A DNA stretch of 64,000 nucleotides from Acanthaster planci. Its lineage: Eukaryota. Below, one piece after another: positions 1 through 12,220 of the stretch. The stretch spans positions 2,069,107 to 2,133,106 of the forward strand of contig NW_019091355.1 of assembly GCF_001949145.1 (NCBI RefSeq). The letters are read 5' to 3'. The position numbers and the translations under genes were made by a program. The notes beneath the pieces were generated by a model. That model saw only the letters and a list, made by a program, of their open reading frames with translations, searched no databases and was not told where the DNA came from. Within the stretch, counting starts at the first letter, position 1, and each line of letters begins with the position of its first letter.

Positions 1-182
1 AGCCATGAAATATCTCAAACCTGCTCCAGGGCGTGACTGGCTGAAACATTTCTGTGCAATCACAGTAGTGAATCAACATTGAGCTTCGTAAGGTGATCTG
101 AGTTTGAGTATTGTGCTTTCAAGAGAAATCGCTTCTGTATGGCGTCAATCAGCCAAACATTTGGATATCCATTTTTTTTTAC

Positions 183-2986
183 CTGCAGAAGGTCCATCCC
201 CTCTGGGTCCAACGTCTTGACAGACTTGGTCAGATTGTTGGTGGTCCAGTTGGGAAAAGTTGGCTTGTAGTCGGGCAACTCTGTCACCCCAGGCCATGAC
301 TGATCAGTGGGCGTGCCCAAGGTCCTGCAGAGAGATCAAATGTTGAGTAATGTAATGGTTGCTGGTGCAGTAAACGTATTTACTCGGTCTTAACCAATGC
401 GAATCCTACAAAATTGACTAGTGCACTGGAGAGTAATAACTTCTTAACATGATATGTCAAGTGCCATCATGATCAAAACCCTGATACAGTACATACATGT
501 TTGGATGGACCTACCTCATCAATTCTGCAAAATCCCTCATAGGCATTAAATGGATCGTGAAGGTTAAGGTTACGGAGGAGAGATTCCCCCAAAACTGCAC
601 TATTTCCATTTGTAGTGTTCCCATAGCAATCTGAAAGCCTAATTCCACGATTTTTTTTCAAGGACTTTCCAGGACTAACATTTGACAATTTCCAAGACAT
701 TTAATGCCATTTTGCAGAGAAAAGCTGCTAGGTATTATGACCTGGAAGACTGCCATAGGCACTGCTACAAACTGACAAGGACCAATCAAAATTCTCTGAT
801 TTTCCAAAATAATTCTTTTTCAGGACTTTGCTGTGATTTTCCGTGATGGGAACCCATGCATTTGTCTTTCTTTCCCCTTTCCTTTATTCCTTCAAGCCAA
901 GCTTTTAAGCACAAAGGCTCTAAGAAATGGTATTTATTTTAAACTTTGATCCAATGAAATTGTAAGAAAGCCACACAGAATGCACTGAAATACTTCCGAT
1001 GGCACAATCACTGAACTTTCCTCAAAACTTCAATATACTCTGCGCAAATTTAAGGTGGCTGCGATCTGCTCAAATGATATGCTGAACACATACAGCGTAC
1101 AGCAATGCCCCACCTGAATATTCTGAAGAGTTGGTCAATCTCAGAGTCGCCGTGAAACAATGGTCTCTTGGTCACCATCTCGGCAAAGATGCAGCCTATG
1201 CTCCAGACATCAACCGGCGTGGAGTACCTTGGGGAGCCTAGGAGGACCTCTGGGGCTCTGTACCACAGGGTCACGACCTGTGCAGGGGTGGAGCAGAGCA
1301 GACAGGCGTAATTACTGTACTTTGACTGTTGTGGTGTGTCTTGACTAAACTGGAGGATCTGATTTCTTTTTTCTTACCAGACTTGATACTTTGTCCGCAC
1401 ACTTTGAACCTATCATGATATGCCATCATTTAAAATTTGTGACTGAATCCCTCAATTTTTTACCAGCAACTTTGAGGGCGGAACAAGGGTGACCCCATGA
1501 CTGAACTTGCCGAGATGATACATTTTGAAAATTCATCGTCTCGTTCAATAAAATATTTCTGACAGTACAACAAGCTACAATTCCACACCTCATGTGTGTA
1601 GACTCGGACAGGAATGCCGAACGCCCTCGCTAGACCAAAGTCAGCCAGCTTGATGATTCCTTTCTCGTTGATGAGCAGGTTCTGCGGCTTGAGGTCCCGG
1701 TGAAGGACGCGGCGGCAGTGACAGAACAGGATTCCCTGGACAATCTGATGCAGGTAACTCTGTACACCAAGGAGGAAAAAAAAAACACTTCAGCGTGAGA
1801 ATCCTAGATTCCTGTGCACACAGAAAAAACACTACCATTGTTGACGAGAGCCTCCTAGTCTCATCTCTCCACGGAAAAGTTGAAGTTTATTTTCTACAAT
1901 ATAACCACTTGCTGCCTGTTCTTTGGAAAGGGTATCGGCCAAGCTTTTATGCAGTGTCAACAGCGCCGCTTTGACTGGTCCCCCCAAACTTGATGGCTTG
2001 GCACTAAGTATTTGCTGGGTATTCCTGTGACGAAGGCCCGGAAACTAAGGCCAACTTGCCTCACCTTAACAAGTTCAGGGTCCATGACGGTCCCACGTAG
2101 TGTCTCCATGTACTTCTTGAGGTCCATGGTCAGAAACTCAAAAACTAAATATAGCCGATTCTCTTGCATCAGAACATTGCTTAAGCTGAAACGGTCCGTA
2201 AACAGAGGTTAAAGTTTAATGTTTAGAAATTACTGTATAAATCAGCTGTTTCTGAAATTGCGGAATAAAGTCTTAACTCCACCCACTAAATATTTTTTTC
2301 AACCTTTGTAGAACTAGTTTGCCTGTTTTGTAACATTTAAGCAGAAACGCAAAGGAAAGTTTCAAAAGAGTTGATAAAGTTTCAGCCTGGCTGCAGACTC
2401 AGCCAGGTTGACCCATCTGCTTTGGTGGAAAGTTAGAACACCATCAACAAAGTGATTTCAGGCAAAAGAAAGTATGTATGGCTTTTTTACTCATTTGCCG
2501 TAAACGACAGTACATGCACTCAGAGTGAACGATCTGGTCTGCTCACTTGACAACATTGGGGTGCTGAAGCTCCTTCAGTAGCGCGATCTCACGGATCGCC
2601 GTGCTGGGCACACCTTCCTCCTCACTCTCCAGTCGGATTTTCTTCAGGGCCACGATGCTGCCGTCCTTCTTGCATCGCCCCTTGTACACCACACCGTAGG
2701 TGCCTACGACCCAGAAAAATATTTGGAGTGGGAAAAATACAAGTGCCACAGAATTAACGATAAGTGAAGCCTTCATGCAGGTGTGAAGATTCAAAAGCCA
2801 TGACACGGTATGGAATTGAGACGTGTTAAAAAGGGCAAGTAACCAACAGTAAAAGACAAAATAATATGCAATATGCAAATATAATATGCATGTATGACTG
2901 CCAGGTAATGGAATGACTAGCGTGGATGTTTTTAAGCAGTGAATCTTACCTTCACCTATCTTCTCAATCTTGGAATAGTCCTCCAT
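183..2986 (-). CDS. CDK1: Cyclin-dependent kinase 1 (cdc2), 3'-partial; coding exons 2986-2950, 2703-2547, 2185-2065, 1759-1589, 1277-1114, 324-183; last exon lies left of the window
   Basis: Spliced translation [21 protein letters not shown]...PSTAIRE...HRDLKPQN...[28 protein letters not shown]...[13 protein letters not shown]. All junctions are GT-AG and in frame (exons 37/157/121/171/164/142 nt). T14, Y15 and the VYTHE threonine are present. An in-frame upstream ATG at 3001 could add MKQLT. Confidence 0.97.
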
Positions 2987-4524
2987 TGTAAGCTGCTTCA
3001 TTGTTGCTGGGACTTTTTGGTTTATACAAACTCTGTACACAGTGATGACTATACAGCTATATTACACAAGTTAGTGACTTGCACTCGACCTAGTAAATTG
3101 AAAGAAAGGAACAATGAATTCAAAAAGTGAATGTCTGAGAAACAAAGTGACAAGCTAAACAGTATTATAGGAAGAGCTCAGTAATTAAATCCTCAGTATA
3201 ATATCAGTCATCAGGTCAGAAAGTGATAACATGTCCTCAGCTAACGAGTCAGATTTTGAAGGGAAAATATCAAAGTATTTAAATACACGTGAACACTTTT
3301 GAATGCCTCTTGAGGCATTTGAATAGCATTAAGTCGGTATATGTATAAAAAAAGACCGAGATGGGTGCAAGGTGAAGGATGGAGCAGTGACGATTGACGG
3401 CAAAACCGAAAGAAAGACCCGCAAGAATGTACACCATGCAACCATGACCCCAAGTACAGTGCTGTATACTTTTACAGAAAAAAGCATTTCAAATTTTCAG
3501 CAAAATGAAAATACCACATTATTTCAGTCATGTATGTTTTACTTGTGCTTGCTTCAAATATCTTTTGAAGTTTTTAGGCCTGTGTGTCAAAAAATGACTG
3601 CAGGATGACCAAGGACAGGGAGGCTCATAAATTTTTCAACTACTTTTTTGTTTTCTTTTTGTAGCGATCTTGGAGAGGATGACACGAGAAACTCTGAAAA
3701 GCAGAGAAATATTTATTTGAAGCAGGGATGTTTTTTGTGTATAAATGCAGAGCAATTCACGTGAAATTGTGATTATTTTGTACCCAGAAATAAGTATGGC
3801 TTTCAACTGAAAAGCAAAATCATATTTTAATGAAGTGTTTGTTCTTTATTTCAATGAATTAAATCTTGGCTTCACTTGAAATTTAAAAAATTTTAAAATT
3901 GGAATTTAAATAGGGCCTAGAGGAGCTATGGTAAAGGGAGAATCGTGGACTGAAATTTAAAACAGCCCAAGGCGAACAAAGCAAAAATTATCTAGTTGGG
4001 GCAAAAACTTAAAGCCTAAAATTGAAATGTGACTTAGGCTAAACATGCATGACAATGCTGCTGAAAAGGTTAGGCCAAGGGCGCAGGCCTTTACCATGTT
4101 AACCCGAAGCTGCACCTTTCATACAGATATGCGTCATTGCAATTCTCAAGCATTTCTACATATAATGTGTCATAACGAATCGAAGAATTCAACATACATG
4201 TAGTTTAAAACTAATGAAACATTTACAAAATAAGCCTAGTTTAAGGCACGATGTGTAACAAAGTCAAAGATAAACATGAACCATGTGAACGTAGTATATG
4301 TGCATGTACATGTACGTGGCCTATGCGGACAATCGCGGGCCCAGACAAAGCGATCCAAAATGAACATCCAGTTCAGAAGTGCATATCACTCTTCCCTGGA
4401 ACATTATATAACACTCGATCAAAGAATACTCTACACATGCTATTCAACAGCTTAATTCTTAAAAACTGCCCTTTTTGGAACAAAATCTCCCGAAAATATC
4501 ACCGACACCTCACGCAACACTCAC

Positions 4525-4680
4525 CTTAGACCATTTAAACCTCCGCGCTGCGCAGCTGATGAATCGTGAGTGTGGGCCGCGAAGTTCGAAGTAGCGAATC
4601 GGAACCGTCGTAGAACGCCAGTGGACCAATCAGCGTTAGGGTACGCGTATGACGTAAAGGGCGGCCGGCTTAAAGGGCGC
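4525..4680 (-). promoter_or_regulatory. CDK1 non-coding first exon and promoter (CHR-like, CCAAT, CRE-like, GC box)
   Basis: Minus-strand donor AAG|GTGAGT at 4525/4524. CpG-rich patch with TTTAAA 4534-4539 and TTCGAA 4585-4590 (CHR-like), CCAATCAG 4626-4633, TGACGTAA 4650-4657 and GGGCGG 4659-4664. Confidence 0.6.
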
Positions 4681-6329
4681 CCTCTTTTGGACGTGGAAGA
4701 ACAATGAAAGGGGTGTGCCTATTTGAGAAAAAATTTATTTCAACGAAAAACCATCGAAATGCGGGAAGGGGAATGAATTAAAACAATAAATGAAGCCCAT
4801 TTCACGCAGTGTATTTACACTCCATAGAGTCGAAGTCGTATCAGCATTCTTTCTGCCTTTGTATTTATTCCTTTTTGTGGGGGAGGGGAATGTAAGAGAG
4901 GTGGGGTGGGACGGTACATGTATCATACTCCACAGGCAGTCATTCTGGAGTTTCCAGGAAGGCCGTGTCACATTCTCTCGACATCTTACAGCACATGCCG
5001 AGTATTAAGAAAAACTTTAAAAACAATCCTCCAATATTTAAAAAATTTCATCACAAAACATATATCCGTTTTATTAACTGTGAGATAATGCAAGATTAAT
5101 GTCTGCTAAAATAAAGAAAATAAGGAAATGTGATTTATCATATCTCTAACAAAGGTTCAAATCGGAATTCAACAGACGAGATGTTAATTTTAGCAGATAT
5201 TTTCATGACCAATATATCGGTCATCTTAACTCATATTTTTCAAAAAAAGGTGAATGTAGCATTCTGTGATGAAACTCTTCGTTTTGTAAAAATTTGAAAA
5301 GAAACTTTTGAGAAAATACTTTGTAACTATTCCACGAACAGACAAACATCCTGTAAAAGTTGTCATGTTATTTTTCTTGCCTCAGTGTCATGATCATCAC
5401 ATAATCATAAATTCATAATTTACCCACTAAGGTATAGAAATCATTTTTGCCATAAAGTAGGATACTTGTCATCGAGAAAACATACTGGTACACTGCCGTC
5501 TTTATTATTTCACAACACTAAAAGATACTTTTGGATCAATTATGCAGTACTGATAGCTAACAAATATTTCAAGTGTTACCTTGTCGGCACACCCAATTTT
5601 GATCTTATGGCCTTCAATGACATGACCTAACTCATGATATGTGAAAATACCACAATTTCTGTGGAGATGGGGGCTGTTATATCCCTACTTTTTGTTTGGG
5701 ATATGAGTCATGAGATTATCCACCATTTTGGTGGTGATGTCTTCCTGAACTTTCCAAAAGTTACACGTTTTTGGTGTGTTGTTTAATGAATGAAACCCCC
5801 CCCGTGTGATTTTTCACCCCTTCACTTCAAAGTTGTTGGGCTCAATAAGTAAGATAGGGCCATCAGAACACCTGTTAACATGCAATATCCAAATATTGAA
5901 GTATTTTTATATGAAAGGCATGCATTTGGGGATTGATTTTAGAGATGAAGCCCGAGAAGTAGCTGAAGCCGGGCACTGGAAACCGAAGAACTGTTTAATA
6001 CGGATTAAATGCACCTGCTAAAAACAGTGAGCATTTCTTAAATGCACATAATAAGATGCGCATTTCTATTATAAAAACCCCTACCGGCTTTTCTTTTATG
6101 CAAGAATGCCCTCTGTTGGGCTCTAACATATGGTGCTATAAAAATGTCACTAAGTGTAAGTCAGGTCATTTGTATGGTGTGCCCACTGTAACAAAATAGG
6201 GTACTCAATCTGCACATGACAATGATGAGCAAACACCACTTCTCATCATTTTGTCTTCTCTGGTTACACTGAATTATGGCAGGTTTCAGTTCCTCAGACA
6301 AGCTTCACTCCTGCCTTAAAATTGTCCTC

Positions 6330-7382
6330 TCATAAGTAACGCGAGTCCAGGAAATCAAAGAACTGTTTTCCGACAACAAGGAAACACAAGCTCGCCGACA
6401 TGGCATAGAGCGTTCCGACCAGTTTGTCCTCTGTCAGCAGCTGCTTCCCGGTGGCAAAGAGCAGGACAGAGCCAAAGTTGAACATGGCCGAGCTGTAGAC
6501 ACTCCAGAGGACCCGCTGTTGAGTGGACGCCGATCGGAGGCAGGGGCGGTTGAAGACGTACAGGCCAATCCCCAGGTGGGAGTTGAAGAGGAGGCTGTTG
6601 GCCACGCCCAAGTGCCATTTGGGAAACAATCTGTGCATAACAAGAAAAGTCAGATGCTGGGAAAAATTGTTGTAATGTCCCTGAGTAGATCGGGGGGGGG
6701 GGACAAGGCCACCTCCCTCCCAACCCCAAATAAACTGTAATTTTTTTAAGGAGCGAAAGGCTTGTTTTCCTCTTATTTCAGTTCTTTTCCTTCCCCAAAA
6801 CACTTTAAAAGGCCTAAAATGTACCCTCAGCCCTCAGAAAGACCATAAAAAGATACATGAAAAAAATGTCTAAAATTTTGGTCCCACCAAAACACGTTTG
6901 GCCCCTCCCCGGCCCCACGGCACTGGCCCCCCAAAATTGGTCCTGGATGCACCCTTGATTATGTCTGTAACCATAAATATTTCTAAATGTAACTTCCAAT
7001 GAAAAACATGAAGCACTAAGCAACATACCATAGCAGGTGACAAAAAGCATCCTAATCACTAGAGTACAAGCCCCATCAATTGAACCCCCCCCCCACAACA
7101 ACGACCCATGTTTTGCCCTAGCAGGTCAGGGTGGTTTTCCTGGGCCCTAGGCCTATGTGATTTGTACAAGTCACTACAATATACCATGGAGGTAGCCCCC
7201 AGTACGGCGCTAAGACTTGATTCTTACCCTGGCAGAAGGTTCCTATCTAATATATGCATGGCGAATAATGTGTGGCTTGCAGCTCCCACTATGGGCAAAT
7301 ACGAGAAGCAGATCTTGTCTAAAATTTGCCTCCCCGACATGCCCGGGCCCGAAGCAGACTCTTCTGACTTGGAATCTGCCAT
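6330..7382 (-). CDS. Uncharacterised small multipass membrane protein, 151 aa; exons 7382-7228 and 6630-6330
   Basis: AAG-ATG-GCA start. Donor GG|GTAAGA and acceptor GCACAG|A join in frame to give MADSKSEE...YLPIVGAASHTLFAMHIL...GLFPKWHLGVANSLLFNSHLGIGLYVF...WSVYSSAMFNFGSVLLFATG...TLYAMSASLCFLVVGKQFFDFLDSRYL*. About four hydrophobic segments; GC-rich exons against AT-rich flanks. Confidence 0.8.
6682..6957. mobile_element. Degenerate G/C-run MITE (hAT-like) in intron
   Basis: G-run-rich 5' end (GTAGATCGGGGGGGGG) and C-run-rich 3' end closing in CTGGATGCACCCTTG, the same architecture as the clearer element at 26856-27055. No TSD recognised. Confidence 0.35.
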
Positions 7383-8622
7383 CTTGGATATGATATATAG
7401 GAATGAGAGAGGGCGCGCTCATACAAAGGCCGGGAAGTACAGCGGCAATCGATATTAATCAACCACGAGTGCTTCTTACCGAAGAGACTACTAACTTGCC
7501 CCATGATGCCAGCTGATCGATCGCTTTCCATCCTTGGCTGCACCACTATATAAAATTCGTGTTTGGTGTGTTTAACGTTCTTCTGATTTATTGCTTTTTT
7601 GTGTGGTGCTAAAATAAAGTAAAACTATAATTAAGGCAAACAAGCAATCACACACGGCATCAACCAGAAACATTTTTTTTCAACTCAGAATTTTAAGTTT
7701 TTTATTTCTCATCAAGCATGATTTTTTGTAATGTTCCTTTATACACTTTATGATTCACAGAATTTTGATGTTTAAATTTTACACTGTTTCCCTACACCGA
7801 TTATTGAACCCAGGATACAAAAACCCGAAATAAGATAATTTAGGAATTTTTTCAATTATCATAGGCATGTTTTTCTTTTTGTACCGTGAAAAATACTAAC
7901 ACAATTAACAACTGTCAGAGTAAAATCTCATTAACAGCAGTAATTCAATATTGAATAAATATAATTTGAGTACTCTACTACTCCAAATCTCAGGACTTTT
8001 GCTTATTCTTAGAATGATTTCTTTCTTGTATGGAAATAACTTTTTACTTTACATAATAAATTCCTTGAAAAGTTCCACCCCTGATCAGTAGTGCCCCATT
8101 CAACTGTGTTCCCTCGAACGCAGAACTTAAGAGGGTGTACATGAACATTGCCGTTGTAATATCCGGTATGATTTTATCCGGCTTTAAGCTTCAAAAAAAT
8201 GTCTTGCTCAACAGTGATGGTTCCTCGACAAAATACTGTAAACCTCAATTTCGAATTTTTTTTTTCAATTTTTATTTTTCTCTAAGCACACAAAGAAATT
8301 TGCTTAGAAACATAAGTTCCCTCTCAGCAACCATGCCATCTACAAATTGGGCCTGAATAGGGTCTCAAACTTCAGCACTGGACCAGTATACGTAACTTAT
8401 ATGCCCTCCTCCTTAAACTCACTGGTATAGACCCTTACCATTGGGCAGCCACCATCTTGCTTTTCTGCCATTCAAACGCAAGGTAAACAAACTGAGTATG
8501 GAAGGGGAAAGAGTCTGTTCCCCTTTATCGATATGATGTTTTATTAGCATTGCCAATGGGTCTACTGGAACAAGACAAACATGGTAGCATTATGCATATG
8601 ATAAAGATCTATATGCAGGGAA

Positions 8623-11422
8623 TTATCCCCTGAAGCGATTCTTCAGGGAACGGAAGAGGCCGGCGAGTGGTCCAGTTTTCTGGGGTCTGTTCAGGCGCTC
8701 ATAGTGCATGAGTGCGAGTTCCTGCAGCACTGCATCCAAGGTAGGTCTCAGATTTGGGTCCTTGTTGATGCAGCGTTTCCCAAGGGCTTTGAGGCAAGAT
8801 GCCCGGCCAGTCTCAGAGACGATGTCCAGGAAGAATTGTCCCAAACTGTAGACATCGGATTTGACGTTGTAGCGACTGGTGCCTTTAATGACCTCGGGGG
8901 CCAACTGTCCACAGTCTTTGAAGCACTTCTTTTCCTGAGTTGGGGTCAGTTGCTGTGGCGGGGGAGGGTTGTCGATACGGTAGGCGTAGCCAAGGTCGAT
9001 GATTTTCCCTTCCCAGCCCCCTGATTGGTCCTCTGGATCCCGCCACACCATGACGTTGTCGGAATGCAAATCGTTGTGGGTCCAACCTGCCGCATGCATG
9101 TCTTGCAGTCCTTGGGTGACGTCAGTGGCCACTTTCAGCCAATCGAGGGACTTCATCTTGCTGGATCGCTTCCGGAACATCTTGTAGGCGCTGCAGGCGT
9201 TCTGCTTGTCGAGGTCTCCAAGGAACTCCATGGCGAAGGAGTAGCGGTCCACGATCCCCAGGAATTTGGGGAAAGCACTGCTGGAGGAGACGGCGTTCAT
9301 GGCCTGCGTCTCCCTCTTGAACGCTTCCTCAGCCTTCAGTCGGTTCCCGACTTTGGTCAGACGCTTGACCGCTATCAGAGTACCGTCCGTGCAGTTCTGC
9401 ATCAGGGATACCTCTCCGAAACTCCCACTGCCGAGTTTGACTGTGGAGTAGGAATGTCCCTTCCGGGACATGACAGGGGTGAGATCAGCCTTATCGATGC
9501 GTGGCAGAGTACCAAGCGATCCAAGTTGAGTTGGGGAGGTCTGAGGCTGTTTATTACCCCGAGTACTCAGGCAAGGCTTGTGGATCATTTCGGTTTGATT
9601 TACTGGGTTATTTCTGGAGAAATAAAAAGACGAAAACGTTCATCTTGTTATATTTTCATTACACTCTAGGGTTAACCTAAGTTCTGAAAGTAGAGCAGAC
9701 AAGGATTTCTTTAAAAAAAATCAACGTTGACACTTTTTTAAATCGTAAAATATGTTTTGATTGGTGAATTGGTTGTACCTTTGTGAAGACCCAGGACCAG
9801 CTGTGATTGGGGTTTGCATCTGGTCGAACAGCTGCTGAGCTTTTTCAGCATTCTGTTTGTTTTCCTAAAAGGGAAACGAATTATAAAGAGTAAATGAAAA
9901 GAGTGACTGATAGGGAGGCTGTGCTGGGAAGACAGTCTCTTCAAAGTCAGAGTTTGAGCTTTTGCTGTCTGTGTTCACAAAATGCACTTTTTGCCTGTTG
10001 ACTGTGAGATAAAACGTCCATGTTTTCTTCCATACCTCCACATGTGGACCTTGTTCTTCTTGGGTCAGGGAGATATTGGCACGGACAGCTCGTTGGATGT
10101 GATCAGTCACTCCATTCGCAACGGCTGTCTTCTCAGACCGAGACATCTTGAGCATCTCACAGGGTGTCATATTCAGCTATCAGAGGACGAAGAAAGATGC
10201 ACATAGGTTGGTTTTTCTTCAAGAAAAGTTGTACAAGTCTTAGGCGCACTGGTCTTAACCGTTCAGACCCAACTTTTTTGCGCTCGACATAATTTTTGTC
10301 CCGACACAGAACTTTCCCCTGTAAATTTTAAAATTGTTTATTTCTATTTACTAAGTCTGGCAGTGGTTGTGCAGTCTTGTTGTCAGGAAGCGGGGTGGTT
10401 TCACCAGCGCTGCCCTCTCCTGCTTCCTTCATCTTCCCTGGCGGCTCAGGATCTCTGTCCTCCTGAGGCACTGTCAATGATCTTGGGAAGGTTTCGTCAG
10501 TGGACGACAGGTTGTTTCTTCCCTTTGTGGGCTGTGCGATGTCACAGCCGACATCTCTTCCCTCTGGTTGTTGATCACCTTGCCCAGATCTTTAAAAACA
10601 AGCACAAGAAAAACAAGCAGGTATGTATTTTTGAGCACCTTATGAAATTAGTGAAGTTCTTAAATCGCTGATTCAAAAGATAATCAAAATTTCCCCAAGA
10701 CATCCATTTGTCTGCCTGTCTTCCACTACCACCTTGGATGTTTAATATTGTACTGCTCTGGGGTAGGAAAAGTACAGCAAAATGACTTGGTTTACCTCTC
10801 TGGGCATGTGATAGCTGGAGACTGACCAGAAAGGACCGGTGAGTGACCAGTTAGCTTCAATGGTCGCACCACCTTCTCGGTGATTTTAACCGAGGGACAT
10901 TTCAGCGCCTGGGCGATGGCATCGTGGCGGACTGCTGCCACGGGTTGAGGAGACGCCAAACGGTAGGCGCTCAGGGATCTGAGGAGCAAAAAGTTAATTA
11001 TTTAAAGCTCGGACCCTTGACATAAATCATAACTTAGTAGGCCTTTGATGTTTGAGGTACAGGTATATTTTAACACGAAGACCTATGCCTGTAGGGGTGT
11101 CCAAAAACAGGCCTCTAGAGCTCACGTGTTGGCAACCAGCAACGACAGTTGGGCTAAGCCCTGGACACTAGATTTTTGGTCACATTCGCATTAACAACAT
11201 TCCAAATGATTTAACCCATACATTCATCCAACTACTTTAAACTTTGTATTAGACAAATTTCGAAACTTCTTCAGTGAAGTCGGGTAGGTTACATGTATTT
11301 GCATCGATGAAAAAGTTTCAACTTGGTATTAATGGACGAGTTCGAATCAAAAAGGACACCGACAGAAATGACCAAACTCACCGGAATTTCTCCGAAGCAT
11401 ACCCTGAAGCAAATCGAAACAT
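8623..11422 (-). CDS. Divergent non-RD protein kinase, ~559 aa; exons 11422-11382, 10978-10796, 10589-10352, 10176-10036, 9864-9779, 9613-8623
   Basis: Six exons with GT-AG ends splice into one stop-free frame (41+183+238+141+86+991 = 1680 nt). The last exon holds the whole kinase domain: LGSGSFGEV, IAVK, alphaC Glu, HNDLHSDN, IIDLG, QLAPE, DVYSLG, RP. AATAAA on the minus strand at 8545-8540. Confidence 0.85.
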
Positions 11423-11757
11423 GGTGTTACAAAGTTTCTCTCTCCAAAAAATCGCAAGTAGATCGCAAAACAAGACAATCTCTCGAAAGAGTCGCTCGTG
11501 AGCAAGAACACGTGTTTACACCGCAAACTGTAAACTGGAACTGAGCCACGTTTGTTTGGTAAACATAAAAATCGTCCAGGTAACTACGCATTTCGATCTT
11601 CACCATGTTCACGCACATGAAGGTATTGTTACGCAACAGTTTCAGGTTCTTGCCTATGATAATACGAAATTGTAACGAATACACTGCGCAACATATGGTA
11701 CGCGATGTTATGCATTCCGGCTTCCTGGCTAAATTATAGTAAAAATATGAAAATTAC

Positions 11758-12220
11758 CTTTAGCTGAAAGCACGACCACCTCATTTATACCGTTCTGATC
11801 CTTTGCTTTGTAAACTGTTGTAAAAACACAGCAAACGCCACGCAAAATTTCGCGCGTATATCGGGCGCACCACGCCAACCTTAACGCAGAACTTGATTGC
11901 GACGCGCGCCACACACTGTGGTTCGGGCGCGTCTTTAACGAGCACTACTAAAGCGCCCTCCCACAGCGCAAACATTTCCGTGTTGTGCATGCTCAGTTAT
12001 TTTGCTGACATTTTACGAACAAAATAATTCGCAGCGTCGATTCCGATCAGCCGAGTGACAACTCGGACCTTTGGCTTTAACATCAGGGAGAAGGTTGTTA
12101 TTCACGAGTCAGCGAATCTAATTGGTTGCTTCCGTACCGTGACGTATCCTGCCTGTTTATGCTGATTGGTTCAATGTTTCATCCACAACGCCGCCATCCG
12201 CATGCACGATGTTGCCAATA
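11758..12220 (-). promoter_or_regulatory. Putative first non-coding exon and CpG-rich promoter of the orphan kinase
   Basis: Minus-strand donor AAG|GTAATT at 11758/11757 and acceptor at 11654/11653. E2F-type TTTCGCGC at 11848-11855, ATTGG at 12121 and 12165, TGACGT at 12140. Confidence 0.5.

Noticed and set aside
8623..9588. Calling the kinase Mos, or a stand-alone intronless 321-aa gene
   Set aside because: It lacks the Mos HLDLKPAN loop, and a good acceptor at 9614 links it in frame to five upstream exons.
9025..9669. 214-aa plus-strand ORF and similar ORFs opposite CNOT6 and SIRT1 exons
   Set aside because: Antisense shadows of real coding exons with no recognisable motifs.
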